Source of the DNA: Candidatus Borrarchaeum weybense | GTDB lineage: Archaea > Asgardarchaeota > Sifarchaeia > Borrarchaeales > Borrarchaeaceae | Direction of reading: 5' to 3' | DNA length: 64,000 nt | Assembly: GCA_019057385.1 (NCBI GenBank) | Contig: JAHQJS010000004.1 | Coordinates: 773,062-837,061, forward strand | Shown: piece after piece, positions 38,194 to 46,855 of the stretch | Layout: each line of letters starts with the position of its first letter | How positions within the stretch are numbered: position 1 is the first letter of the stretch | Notes under the pieces: model-generated | Databases searched by the model: none | The model's input: the letters and a program-made list of their open reading frames with translations, nothing else | Told to the model about the DNA's origin: nothing | Program-made: the position numbers and the translations under genes

Positions 38194-39594
38194 TTAAATC
38201 GAAATACCTAATGTATCTTCTGCCTGCATTTTTACGCTCTTATATAGGTTATAATATTCGTCATTGGGCTTAATTGTCCTTATATCAAAGCACTCTTTGA
38301 ATGCCTTACCCTCTGGTGCTGCCTTTCCATCGTAAATTGAAAACTTTTCATTAAGAATACTATTAACGAGATCATTCGCATTTTCACGTGTTATTTGTGC
38401 CTTAGATATTGCATGAGCCAGTTCAGCTGTAAATCGGGCTTCTAATACACCAGGATGATCTTGATATTTATTAAATGCAGCAAAACAGCTTTCTATAAAT
38501 GCACATCCAGAAACTGTATGCATTAGCGTGACAGGAACTATCTCCCAGAATAACATTTCTGTACAAGGACCTGCAGCACCGCCCGCTGTTCCACCAATTA
38601 ATAACTTCGAATTTCTGCTTAAAGCTTGCATTGCGATAGAGTGTGCCCATAGCATTTTCCTTAATTGTGAAATCTCTGGTACTATGTCAACATAACGCAT
38701 ATTGTATGGCGTGCCAGTGATTGCAAAAGAATGTCTATGAACTAATTGTCCTAATATTGATCCTGCTACCCTTGCAATAGCTACTCCTTCTGGTCCTCCT
38801 GCATAACCTCCCATAATAGCGGTATATAAACCGCAAATAAGAGCATCATATCCAACAAGATGGACTACCTTTGAAAGTACCTGATAGTCTGTTTTTAAAT
38901 CAGATGCAATTGCAACCAGATGTGAGTCAGTCCTGCGAAGGCCACCTTCTGTAGAACTTGCTGCAATTTCTGCTAAACATGTAACGCTTGTTTCGGTGCC
39001 AAGAATAGACAATCCAGGTCTTCCTACTCTTCTAAGGGCCTCGTGAACTAGTGCAATTTCGTATTTTCCAGCCTCCACTTCCAAAGGCGCGCCAGCTTTA
39101 ATTGGTCTGCCATATACTGTTGTAAGAGAACCTTGATTGAAATAATCAGTTAAAGGATCTTGTGCGAAGGCAACTGCTTCTTCCAGAAAGATATCTTCAC
39201 TAGTGGGCTGACCTAATCCACCTGTTTGCATGAGTGGAGGTAATGAATCGCTTATGGCTCTCCATCTCATAACACGTGTATCCTTTTCTTCCCCCATTAC
39301 GACTTCGCCAGGTAATCTTTTTAGCATTTCTTTTATTTCAGCCTCTTCAAAAATGATCCGTCGAGATGTTGAAGTACATAGCATGCCAACCTCAAGTGCT
39401 AACTCTAATCCTGCCTCAAAAACTTCATCAGCCAATGTGTTGTCATTTGGGATAGGCTCTTCTGGAGTGCATTTGAGGTTATGTTCACTCACCAACCTGT
39501 TTACGGTCGCTGAGAATATATTTAAATCAAAATCAGTTTCCTTACAGGCTGGACCTTCTTCAACTCGATCTAAGATTTCCCAAATCGTAACCAA
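38194..39594 (-). CDS. mtmB: Monomethylamine:corrinoid methyltransferase homolog, pyrrolysine-free
   Basis: LADEVFEAG, GRPGLSILGTETS, GGYAGGPEGVAI, AGPCTEM, PEGK.F.ECFD; uninterrupted ORF; TTG 39594 after GGAGGT. Confidence 0.88.
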   Translation of the reverse strand: MVTIWEILDRVEEGPACKETDFDLNIFSATVNRLVSEHNLKCTPEEPIPNDNTLADEVFEAGLELALEVGMLCTSTSRRIIFEEAEIKEMLKRLPGEVVMGEEKDTRVMRWRAISDSLPPLMQTGGLGQPTSEDIFLEEAVAFAQDPLTDYFNQGSLTTVYGRPIKAGAPLEVEAGKYEIALVHEALRRVGRPGLSILGTETSVTCLAEIAASSTEGGLRRTDSHLVAIASDLKTDYQVLSKVVHLVGYDALICGLYTAIMGGYAGGPEGVAIARVAGSILGQLVHRHSFAITGTPYNMRYVDIVPEISQLRKMLWAHSIAMQALSRNSKLLIGGTAGGAAGPCTEMLFWEIVPVTLMHTVSGCAFIESCFAAFNKYQDHPGVLEARFTAELAHAISKAQITRENANDLVNSILNEKFSIYDGKAAPEGKAFKECFDIRTIKPNDEYYNLYKSVKMQAEDTLGISI

Positions 39595-39713
39595 TAATAC
39601 GACCTCCAATTGAATGTACATTCGAAATAATGTATCCATTTTATAAATGATGCATAAAAAACGAAATGAAATAATATCGTTTCTAATATTTATAAGAACT
39701 ATAGGGTGAGTTT

Positions 39714-40352
39714 ATGTCTGCTGAGGAATTAAAAAATCTAGAAGAGGCAATAATTAACGGAAATAAAGAAACTGCAATTCAAACAATAGAAAAAGCAATA
39801 GTTAATGAAATCGCTACTGAAGAGATTCTTAAACACGCAACAAAAGCCATTCAACTAGTTGGTGAAAAATTTGCATTGATGGAGCTCTTCCTCTCAGACA
39901 TGATGCATTCTGCCGAGGTAATGAAAGCCGTTTTTAAGCTTCTAAGGCCACACCTATTACAAGACGAAACACAAACTGAAAAAGGTACTGTTGTGATTGG
40001 AACGGTAAAAGGTGATATCCATGATATTGGCAAAAATATTGTTGTTGCCATGCTGGAGGGAAATGGTTTCAAAGTATACGACATTGGAGTTGATGTACCT
40101 CCAATGACCTTCGTTGAGAAAGCAGAAGAAGTTAAGGCAGATGTGATCGCAGCTTCATCTTTGCTATCAACTACAATGCCCTACCAGCAGGATATTATAC
40201 GCTTTTTAGATGATCTTGGAACACGCTCAAGTTATAAAGTTATCGTTGGTGGTGCACCAGTCACAGCTGAATGGGCAAACAAAATCGGTGCAGACGGTTA
40301 CGCTGATAATGCTATGAAAGCGGTCGACATGGTTACAAATTTGTTAATATAA
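39714..40352 (+). CDS. Methyltransferase cognate corrinoid protein (MtmC/MtbC-like)
   Basis: B12 cap domain, GTVKGDIHDIGK (DxHxxG), SSLLSTTM, VGGAP. Confidence 0.92.
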   Translation: MSAEELKNLEEAIINGNKETAIQTIEKAIVNEIATEEILKHATKAIQLVGEKFALMELFLSDMMHSAEVMKAVFKLLRPHLLQDETQTEKGTVVIGTVKGDIHDIGKNIVVAMLEGNGFKVYDIGVDVPPMTFVEKAEEVKADVIAASSLLSTTMPYQQDIIRFLDDLGTRSSYKVIVGGAPVTAEWANKIGADGYADNAMKAVDMVTNLLI

Positions 40353-40764
40353 AATAACTGTTTTCCTGAGCATTCAAAATGAAAGCAAATTTCAATGCCG
40401 ACATAAAAGCTTAGTTAATTTTTTACCCCTACTCAGAAGAAGAATCGACTTTTCGGGAAATTTTTTGCTGACTAAATCGAGATCCTCACTAAAATGTTAG
40501 AATTTTGTTTTAAACGAAATCAAGGTAAGATGATTTCAACTCATATGTTCAGAAAGTCATGATAACTCATTGTTAGTCAATAAGACATTCATACAGTCCA
40601 TAAGGATTCCTAAACTTAGCAGGAAATTATTCAATTTTTTAACATGATCGTGTCAATTATATAAATCTTGTCTCGACAAAATTAACATAAAGTATTTAAG
40701 TCTGAGATACATACCTCATTGCGGTTGAAATACTATTGAAAGTGAGCGCACGAGGTGAATTGAT

Positions 40765-41358
40765 ATGGGGCTTCAACCACATGAGTGGTTAATGCGGTTA
40801 ATTCTTGCTGGTGTAGTATCTGGTGTTTGCACGGTCTTAGCTATATTTGCAGTCATTACAGTGCCTGTGCCTGTTGCACCGGGTGTGAGTGCATTCTATA
40901 TTGCAGCGGCGGTATATGTTCCCTTTGCACTTTGGTTTGGGATATGGGGTGGACCAATTGCAGGTTTTGTCAGTTGTTTCATTCTAGGGATTTATAGCGG
41001 ATTCCCCTTATGGTTTAGTGCTTTATGGGCAGTAGCTGATATCATTGAAGGTGCTGTTCCCTTGATAGCGTTTAGAACCTTTAGAGCCGATCCCGATTTA
41101 CGTGAGAGTGAAAACAAAGGGAAATCATGGGCAATGTATTTAATCTTTGGTGTAATCCTTTCCTCTCTTCTCTCTGCATTGTGGGGTGGCTATACCCTTG
41201 CATGGTTCCTAGGCTTACCACCTGCAGCAGCGTATATTGTCTTCCTTGGATGGTTCTTAGGAGATATCATTGTTTTAGCTGTGATTGCTACGCCCATGTT
41301 GTACTTCTTAACTAAGCCAATAAAAAGAAGCCAGATCTATATCGAGGGCTATATTTAA
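40765..41358 (+). CDS. Probable ECF transporter substrate-binding S component
   Basis: ~200-aa protein with about 6 TMs directly upstream of ecfT/ecfA. Confidence 0.7.
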   Translation: MGLQPHEWLMRLILAGVVSGVCTVLAIFAVITVPVPVAPGVSAFYIAAAVYVPFALWFGIWGGPIAGFVSCFILGIYSGFPLWFSALWAVADIIEGAVPLIAFRTFRADPDLRESENKGKSWAMYLIFGVILSSLLSALWGGYTLAWFLGLPPAAAYIVFLGWFLGDIIVLAVIATPMLYFLTKPIKRSQIYIEGYI

Positions 41359-41395
41359 AACCCCCTCTACCTTTTTTTTTAGAGGAGATACAAAA

Positions 41396-42301
41396 ATGTC
41401 ATCACGTTCATTCTTCTTGTATATCTCAAAAGATTCGTTTATGCATAAACTGAACCCTTTAACGAAGCTAGCATTAGTACTTGTCATTAGCTTAGTTCCC
41501 TATCTTATTGAAGATTTACTTGGACGACTTGTTGTTGTGCTACTTGGAATATTTTTATTGGGTGTTTCAAAAGTACAGATAGGTGTTATGAAAAAATTCC
41601 TTGTAGGACTAGTTTTAATGCTCAATACAATTTTTCTCGGCTTTCTTTTGTTTAGTCATATTGAGGGCTCAATAATTTTAGTGGATACAACCGTCATAGA
41701 TACTGTTTTCTTGTTGTGGCCACTTGAATGGGCGATCTTTATAACAGAGAACACAATTATTCATTCTATAAAAATTTATTTAAGGGTTCTAGCTATGTCT
41801 ATCCTCACTATTTTCTTTTTCACAACAACAAAAGATCGAGATATCATCTATAGTTTACGGTTATTGAAGATACCTTACGCTATAATATTTGTTCTTGTGG
41901 TTACACTTCGATCGATGAGTATGTTTGTCGATGACTTCTTTACGATTCGAGATGCAAATATTTGCAAAGGCGTTGATTTTAACAGAGGAAACCCAATCTC
42001 TCGTATAAAGAAATATTTATCTTTAATCAATCCTTTAGTGATGTTCCTCATCAAACGGATCGAAGAAATGACCTTTGCAGCAACAAGTAAGGGCTATATA
42101 ATTAAGGGACAACGTTCTTATTATTGGACTTATCCTTTTAAGAAAGCAGATTATTTTATTCTTGTTCTCGTTGTTACTTTCTTCGGAATCTTTTTCTTTG
42201 GATTTCTCTTCGATATAACAGTCACTCAGATTTTGCTTATGGTATCTGAGCGCGTATCATGGCTAAATGGTGGTATACCGTGGTTAAAGAAATTATCATA
42301 G
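41396..42301 (+). CDS. ecfT: ECF transporter transmembrane T component
   Basis: SFMHKLNPLTKL; the xRG motifs appear as CKG and SKG. Confidence 0.85.
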   Translation: MSSRSFFLYISKDSFMHKLNPLTKLALVLVISLVPYLIEDLLGRLVVVLLGIFLLGVSKVQIGVMKKFLVGLVLMLNTIFLGFLLFSHIEGSIILVDTTVIDTVFLLWPLEWAIFITENTIIHSIKIYLRVLAMSILTIFFFTTTKDRDIIYSLRLLKIPYAIIFVLVVTLRSMSMFVDDFFTIRDANICKGVDFNRGNPISRIKKYLSLINPLVMFLIKRIEEMTFAATSKGYIIKGQRSYYWTYPFKKADYFILVLVVTFFGIFFFGFLFDITVTQILLMVSERVSWLNGGIPWLKKLS

Positions 42302-43974
42302 AAGATGTCTGGTGGAAATATAAAGCAAGTGAAGACTGGGTTCTCAAAGGTATTTCACTTCAAGTTGAAAAAGGTCAATTTTATGGTATTATGGGACCTT
42401 CAGGTGTTGGAAAATCTACTCTTTGCCTTTGCCTTAATGGAATAATACCACAAGCTGCAAAAGGTGAGTTCAAGGGTCGAGTGAAAATCGGGGAGATGGA
42501 TACCTCTGAGGACTATATCTCTGAATTTATTGGAAAGGTTGGTCTAGTTTCACAGGATCCTGATTCACAATTTATAATGATGTCCGTTGAGGATGAATTA
42601 GTTTCTCCACTTGAAAATTTAAACCTCTCACGCGATGAAATCGCAGAAAGAATCGAATGGGTTGCAGATTTAGTGGATATAAAACATTTGCTCAAAAAAT
42701 ACCCTCATGAACTCTCTGGAGGACAAAAGCAACGAATTGCAATCGCTTCATTTCTTGCAATGCGACCTGAAATATTGGTTCTAGACGAACCAACGTCTGA
42801 TTTAGACCCAGTTGGGAAGGAATCCGTGTTTTCAATTGTGGAATCTTTGAGAACGGAAACTGATCTCACTATTGTAATGGTTGAGCATGATAGCGAAAAA
42901 CTAGCAAAATTTGCTGATCGAATTGCAGTTATTAATGATGGAACGATTATTTTAGATGATGATACGGATCACGTCTTTCAAGAATATGAAAAACTACGTC
43001 ACAATGGCATAGTGCTACCTCAAGCTGCTGATGCCTATCTACAAACCTTTGGTCTAAAAGAAGATCGTCTTCTTGTTGAATACGATAGGATTCTTAATGA
43101 ATTCAGAAATGCTTTTAGCCAAGGCAAATTAAGTTTTACTGCTCCTTGCAATACTATTCTCGAAAAAAGTGGAAATGAAGTAATTGATTTCAATGATGTA
43201 GATTTCCACTATCCCGATGGCACAAAAGCTGCAGAGCAGATAAACCTGCAGATACATGATGGAGAATATGTTGCGATTATAGGTCAAAATGGATCTGGGA
43301 AAACAACCTTAGCAAAGCTTTTGAAAGGTTTGCTAAAACCCACTAACGGAAAGGTAACTGTCTTTGGCACAGATACCTCGAAAGTTTCTGCGACTAAGAT
43401 TACACAGGTTGGTTACTGTTTTCAGAATCCAGATCACCAATTATCACGATATGATGTTCGTGAAGAACTTGAATTTGGTCCTAAGAATCTAAAACTTGAA
43501 AAAGATGAAATAGAAAGACGTGTTGATGATGTTTTGAATGTTATTGGGCTACAAAACTTTGCAAATGAATATCCCTTTTTCCTAGGGAAGGGACAAAGAA
43601 GAAGGCTTGCTGTTGGCACAATTCTGACAATGCAGCCAAAAGTAGTGATAGTCGACGAACCGACTACTGGCCAAGATTTTCTTCAATCTAAGGAAATCAT
43701 GGAATTGCTCGATAGACTTAATGAAAAAGGGCGTACGATTATTGTTATAACTCATAATATGCGACTGGTCGCCGAACACGCAAAACGAACAATCATCATG
43801 CATGAAGGAAAAATTATTGCAGATGGTCCCACTTCTGAAGTCTTCTCCAAAAGAGCTATCTTAGAACAGACACATTTGAATGTTCCCGAAATTACAAATT
43901 TAGCCATAGATTTGACATCTTGTGCAAATGTTATGACAGTAGAACAATTCCTTTCCGGATTAGTGCAATCGTAA
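42280..43974 (+). CDS. ECF transporter fused double ATPase (A-A')
   Basis: Two ABC domains: GPSGVGKS / LSGGQKQR / LDEPTS and GQNGSGKT / LGKGQRRR / VDEPTTGQD. Confidence 0.92.
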   Translation: MVKEIIIEDVWWKYKASEDWVLKGISLQVEKGQFYGIMGPSGVGKSTLCLCLNGIIPQAAKGEFKGRVKIGEMDTSEDYISEFIGKVGLVSQDPDSQFIMMSVEDELVSPLENLNLSRDEIAERIEWVADLVDIKHLLKKYPHELSGGQKQRIAIASFLAMRPEILVLDEPTSDLDPVGKESVFSIVESLRTETDLTIVMVEHDSEKLAKFADRIAVINDGTIILDDDTDHVFQEYEKLRHNGIVLPQAADAYLQTFGLKEDRLLVEYDRILNEFRNAFSQGKLSFTAPCNTILEKSGNEVIDFNDVDFHYPDGTKAAEQINLQIHDGEYVAIIGQNGSGKTTLAKLLKGLLKPTNGKVTVFGTDTSKVSATKITQVGYCFQNPDHQLSRYDVREELEFGPKNLKLEKDEIERRVDDVLNVIGLQNFANEYPFFLGKGQRRRLAVGTILTMQPKVVIVDEPTTGQDFLQSKEIMELLDRLNEKGRTIIVITHNMRLVAEHAKRTIIMHEGKIIADGPTSEVFSKRAILEQTHLNVPEITNLAIDLTSCANVMTVEQFLSGLVQS

Positions 43975-44127
43975 ATGTTTTGGAAAACGGACTTCTAAAG
44001 ATATTAAAATGGAACTACAGCACTTGACGCAAGCGCTATGTAAAAGTTACCTCGTTGTGCTCTATTTCTACAATAGAAGTGTAAATAAGCAACTGATTTT
44101 CTAAAAAGTAAGAGAATGATAGTGACA

Positions 44128-44173
44128 TCCTCCCCACCCTTTCGGATGGGGACTTCCCGCCGCATAAGTTAAA
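44128..44173 (-). mobile_element. Isolated IS200/IS605 left-end remnant related to the 10931-11321 element
   Basis: TCCTCCCCACCCTTTCGGATGGGGACTTCCCGCCGCATAAGTTAAA parallels TCATCCCCTACCTGACAGAAGGGAACTTTCCGCCGATAATGTTAAA at 11281-11326. Confidence 0.65.
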
Positions 44174-44213
44174 ATCCTTCAAAAACTAACTGAAAAAAGG
44201 AGATACAAAATAA

Positions 44214-44642
44214 ATGAGGGAAATCTTTTCTGAAATAGAAATAAAGGCAAAACCCGCAAAAGTATGGGAGATTCTCGTTGATTTTGCATCGTATCCAGAA
44301 TGGAACCCATTTGTGCGCAAGATTGAAGGTGAACTGGCCGTTGGTTCTACACTTGAAGTCACTATACAAGTACCAAACAGAGATATCATGACCTTTAATC
44401 CAGTAGTGGTCAAAGCAAATCCCAATGAAGAATTTCGTTGGAAGAGCAAAATGTGGGCTAGATTCCTATTTGCAGGCGAGCATTATTTTATTCTAGAACC
44501 CGTCGGGGAAGAATCTACAAAATTGATACAAGGTGAAAAGTTTACTGGCATTTTGGTGCCATTTCTTGCGAAACCGTCAAATGAGGCTCCACTCGGCTTT
44601 ATTGAGTTTAACAGAGCAATAAAAGAGAGAAGTGAAAAATAA
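44214..44642 (+). CDS. SRPBCC/polyketide-cyclase-like ligand-binding protein
   Basis: IEIKA.PAKVWEIL.DF..YPEWNPF, GEHYF, EKFTG. Confidence 0.88.
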   Translation: MREIFSEIEIKAKPAKVWEILVDFASYPEWNPFVRKIEGELAVGSTLEVTIQVPNRDIMTFNPVVVKANPNEEFRWKSKMWARFLFAGEHYFILEPVGEESTKLIQGEKFTGILVPFLAKPSNEAPLGFIEFNRAIKERSEK

Positions 44643-44984
44643 TTATTCTAGTAAAATTCTGTCATCAATTCTGCCTGAAAATAAGGTTTTCAAAATATTT
44701 CAAGTAGAATCTTGTATATGAAAGATAACCCGAGAGGTTCATCACCTTCGATGATGAGGATGGAAAATTGATCTACGCAACTATATAGTCACTTTTAAAT
44801 GAATGGGTTGCAGATTTAGTTTGAATAAAACATTTGACTTTGCGTATTGAAACAGGTCTATTTTTGATGATTTATAGTATTATGAATACTTCTTGAAAAG
44901 ATTAATTAGCAAGTTTTGCGACGTATTGCTTAAGATAGATTTTCATAACACCTATGATATAAATATGGATCGAGGATGTAATCT

Positions 44985-46133
44985 ATGGAAGGAGAAGGAG
45001 AAGAAGCCCAGTCGCCAAATAAACGTGCAAAAACGGAATTAGAAGATGTAATTAATCCAGTCCTAGAGAAAATCAAAAGAGGAAGTTTTGTAGAAGAATC
45101 GGTGTCAGATTTAGAAAAGGAAAAATTAATATCGGATCTCCCAGAAAAAGGATTAATAGAGGTAGATCATGCAGAAATATGCAAGGAACTTATGAAAGTA
45201 CGCGGAATTGGTCAAAAAACCGCTAAAAAACTAGTAAAATTAAATATTAATTCAATTGAAGAATTAGCCGCGCTTAAAGAAGATAAGATATCTAAGACAA
45301 TGAAAGTTTCAATAAAATCGTTTAATGATTTAATCAAAAATGCACGAAAACATCTTGGAAGAGAAATTAAAGAAGAACTAAAGAAAAAATTGGAAAAAGT
45401 AAAGCTAGAATCACTAGAGGAAGAATATTCAGAAGTAATAATGATATCACCCTTAAAAGAAAAATTAGACCAAGTTAAAATGACTATGAAAGAAGATGGT
45501 GAATTCTTTTATGATGAACTTGCAAAATATTTGGGTGAAATTACTAAATTAAAGAATGATTCTAAGACACTTAAAGATTGGGTTCACAAAATTGATAAGA
45601 AATTAAATGATATTTTAGCAGAAAAGGACTACAAAAGCGATCTTGATCTTGCAGAAATTGAAATGGTTGAGTCAGACAATACACCTTCTGGGTCAATATC
45701 TATCGATACCTTAGAAACTGCACGTTCGAATGCAAAAGAATTAAATTCACTCGATCAAGAGGACGATAACGCAGTAATAATTATAGATACTTCAGAAAAA
45801 TCGAGTTCAAGTTCAGTGGTCTCAACCGATCAGACTGGTTCCGAAACAGGGTCAGTGTTAAATGAGCAACCAGAACCCAAGTTAATTTCGCATAATGAAA
45901 TCATGGAAAGATTAGACGATGTGGGAATAATTCGAGGGGTCAATGAATATTATTATAGAGTCTGCGAAATCCTAGTTGACCAAAATCCACAAGAAATAAA
46001 ATATGACGCTCTTGTGGATAAATCAAATTTATATCCTCATGCATTTTCACAAATTATTTTTGATTTAACGACTAAAAAGATTATAGATTTCGATGTAAAA
46101 ACGGAAATAATTCGCTTTTGGACTGAAAAATAA
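44985..46133 (+). CDS. Hypothetical protein: helix-hairpin-helix, coiled coil, low-complexity linker, C-terminal wHTH-like domain
   Basis: LMKVRGIGQKTAKKL HhH; charged helical middle region. Confidence 0.65.
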   Translation: MEGEGEEAQSPNKRAKTELEDVINPVLEKIKRGSFVEESVSDLEKEKLISDLPEKGLIEVDHAEICKELMKVRGIGQKTAKKLVKLNINSIEELAALKEDKISKTMKVSIKSFNDLIKNARKHLGREIKEELKKKLEKVKLESLEEEYSEVIMISPLKEKLDQVKMTMKEDGEFFYDELAKYLGEITKLKNDSKTLKDWVHKIDKKLNDILAEKDYKSDLDLAEIEMVESDNTPSGSISIDTLETARSNAKELNSLDQEDDNAVIIIDTSEKSSSSSVVSTDQTGSETGSVLNEQPEPKLISHNEIMERLDDVGIIRGVNEYYYRVCEILVDQNPQEIKYDALVDKSNLYPHAFSQIIFDLTTKKIIDFDVKTEIIRFWTEK

Positions 46134-46287
46134 TAGATATCAACGCTTTTTAATTAAAAGACTCTTTTGTGAAAATAGATCTATCTCAAGAGTATTGTTA
46201 GTCACTAAAAAGTAACTTATAAAATCCGAGAGGTCCTACGCTTTCGAAGATTTGAATGAATGACAGATACAGGGAAGATAAAGGTGA

Positions 46288-46653
46288 TCAAATAGAAATC
46301 TTCAAATTCATATCTTTCTCAAGCAGTTTCCCTATTTCTTTTAGCCACTCATAAGCAGTTGTTTGTGCTTCTTCAAAACTACCAGCATCAAGATTTCGAG
46401 AAGTTCTTATTATAAGATTATAAGGTGCTCCCTCTTCAATTTTCTTTAATATACCTGAAAGAGAGCCGAACATATCGATATTACCATTAATTTCAGTCCA
46501 ATTGCCGTAGTAAGATTTCCGATTCTTAGTGGAGATGTTTTCAAGTTCAGGAACTTTGTTTAAAATGTTAATTAACTGTTTAGTATGCTTTTCGAGATCT
46601 AGTTCTTCATTTAGTTTTCCTTTCAGTGTTACTGTTGTCTCATAAATTGGCAT
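46288..46653 (-). CDS. Hypothetical protein
   Basis: ORF with protein-like composition; ATG 46653 is the likely start. Confidence 0.55.
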   Translation of the reverse strand: MPIYETTVTLKGKLNEELDLEKHTKQLINILNKVPELENISTKNRKSYYGNWTEINGNIDMFGSLSGILKKIEEGAPYNLIIRTSRNLDAGSFEEAQTTAYEWLKEIGKLLEKDMNLKISI

Positions 46654-46855
46654 AAGAATCCCCATAGCTATATTTTTCAAAATATGAAGGTCTCACCTAA
46701 AGAGAAAGACGTACTAACCAAGGAGATATATACACCTTCTTATTAATGTATTTCATTTGTTACTAAAATTGTTTTGCGAAACTTTATCAATTTTATATGA
46801 AAACCTGATATAGCTAGTACGTTATCAGTGATTTTGAAGACGCTTAAGACAAGAA

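Noticed and set aside
40353-40764. Riboswitch upstream of the ECF operon
   Set aside because: No cobalamin, TPP or FMN consensus seen; AT-rich with an ordinary TATA box.
44751-44824. C/D box sRNA (ATGATGA ... TTGA)
   Set aside because: No canonical CTGA D box, and the matching segment is sense rather than antisense to the mRNA.
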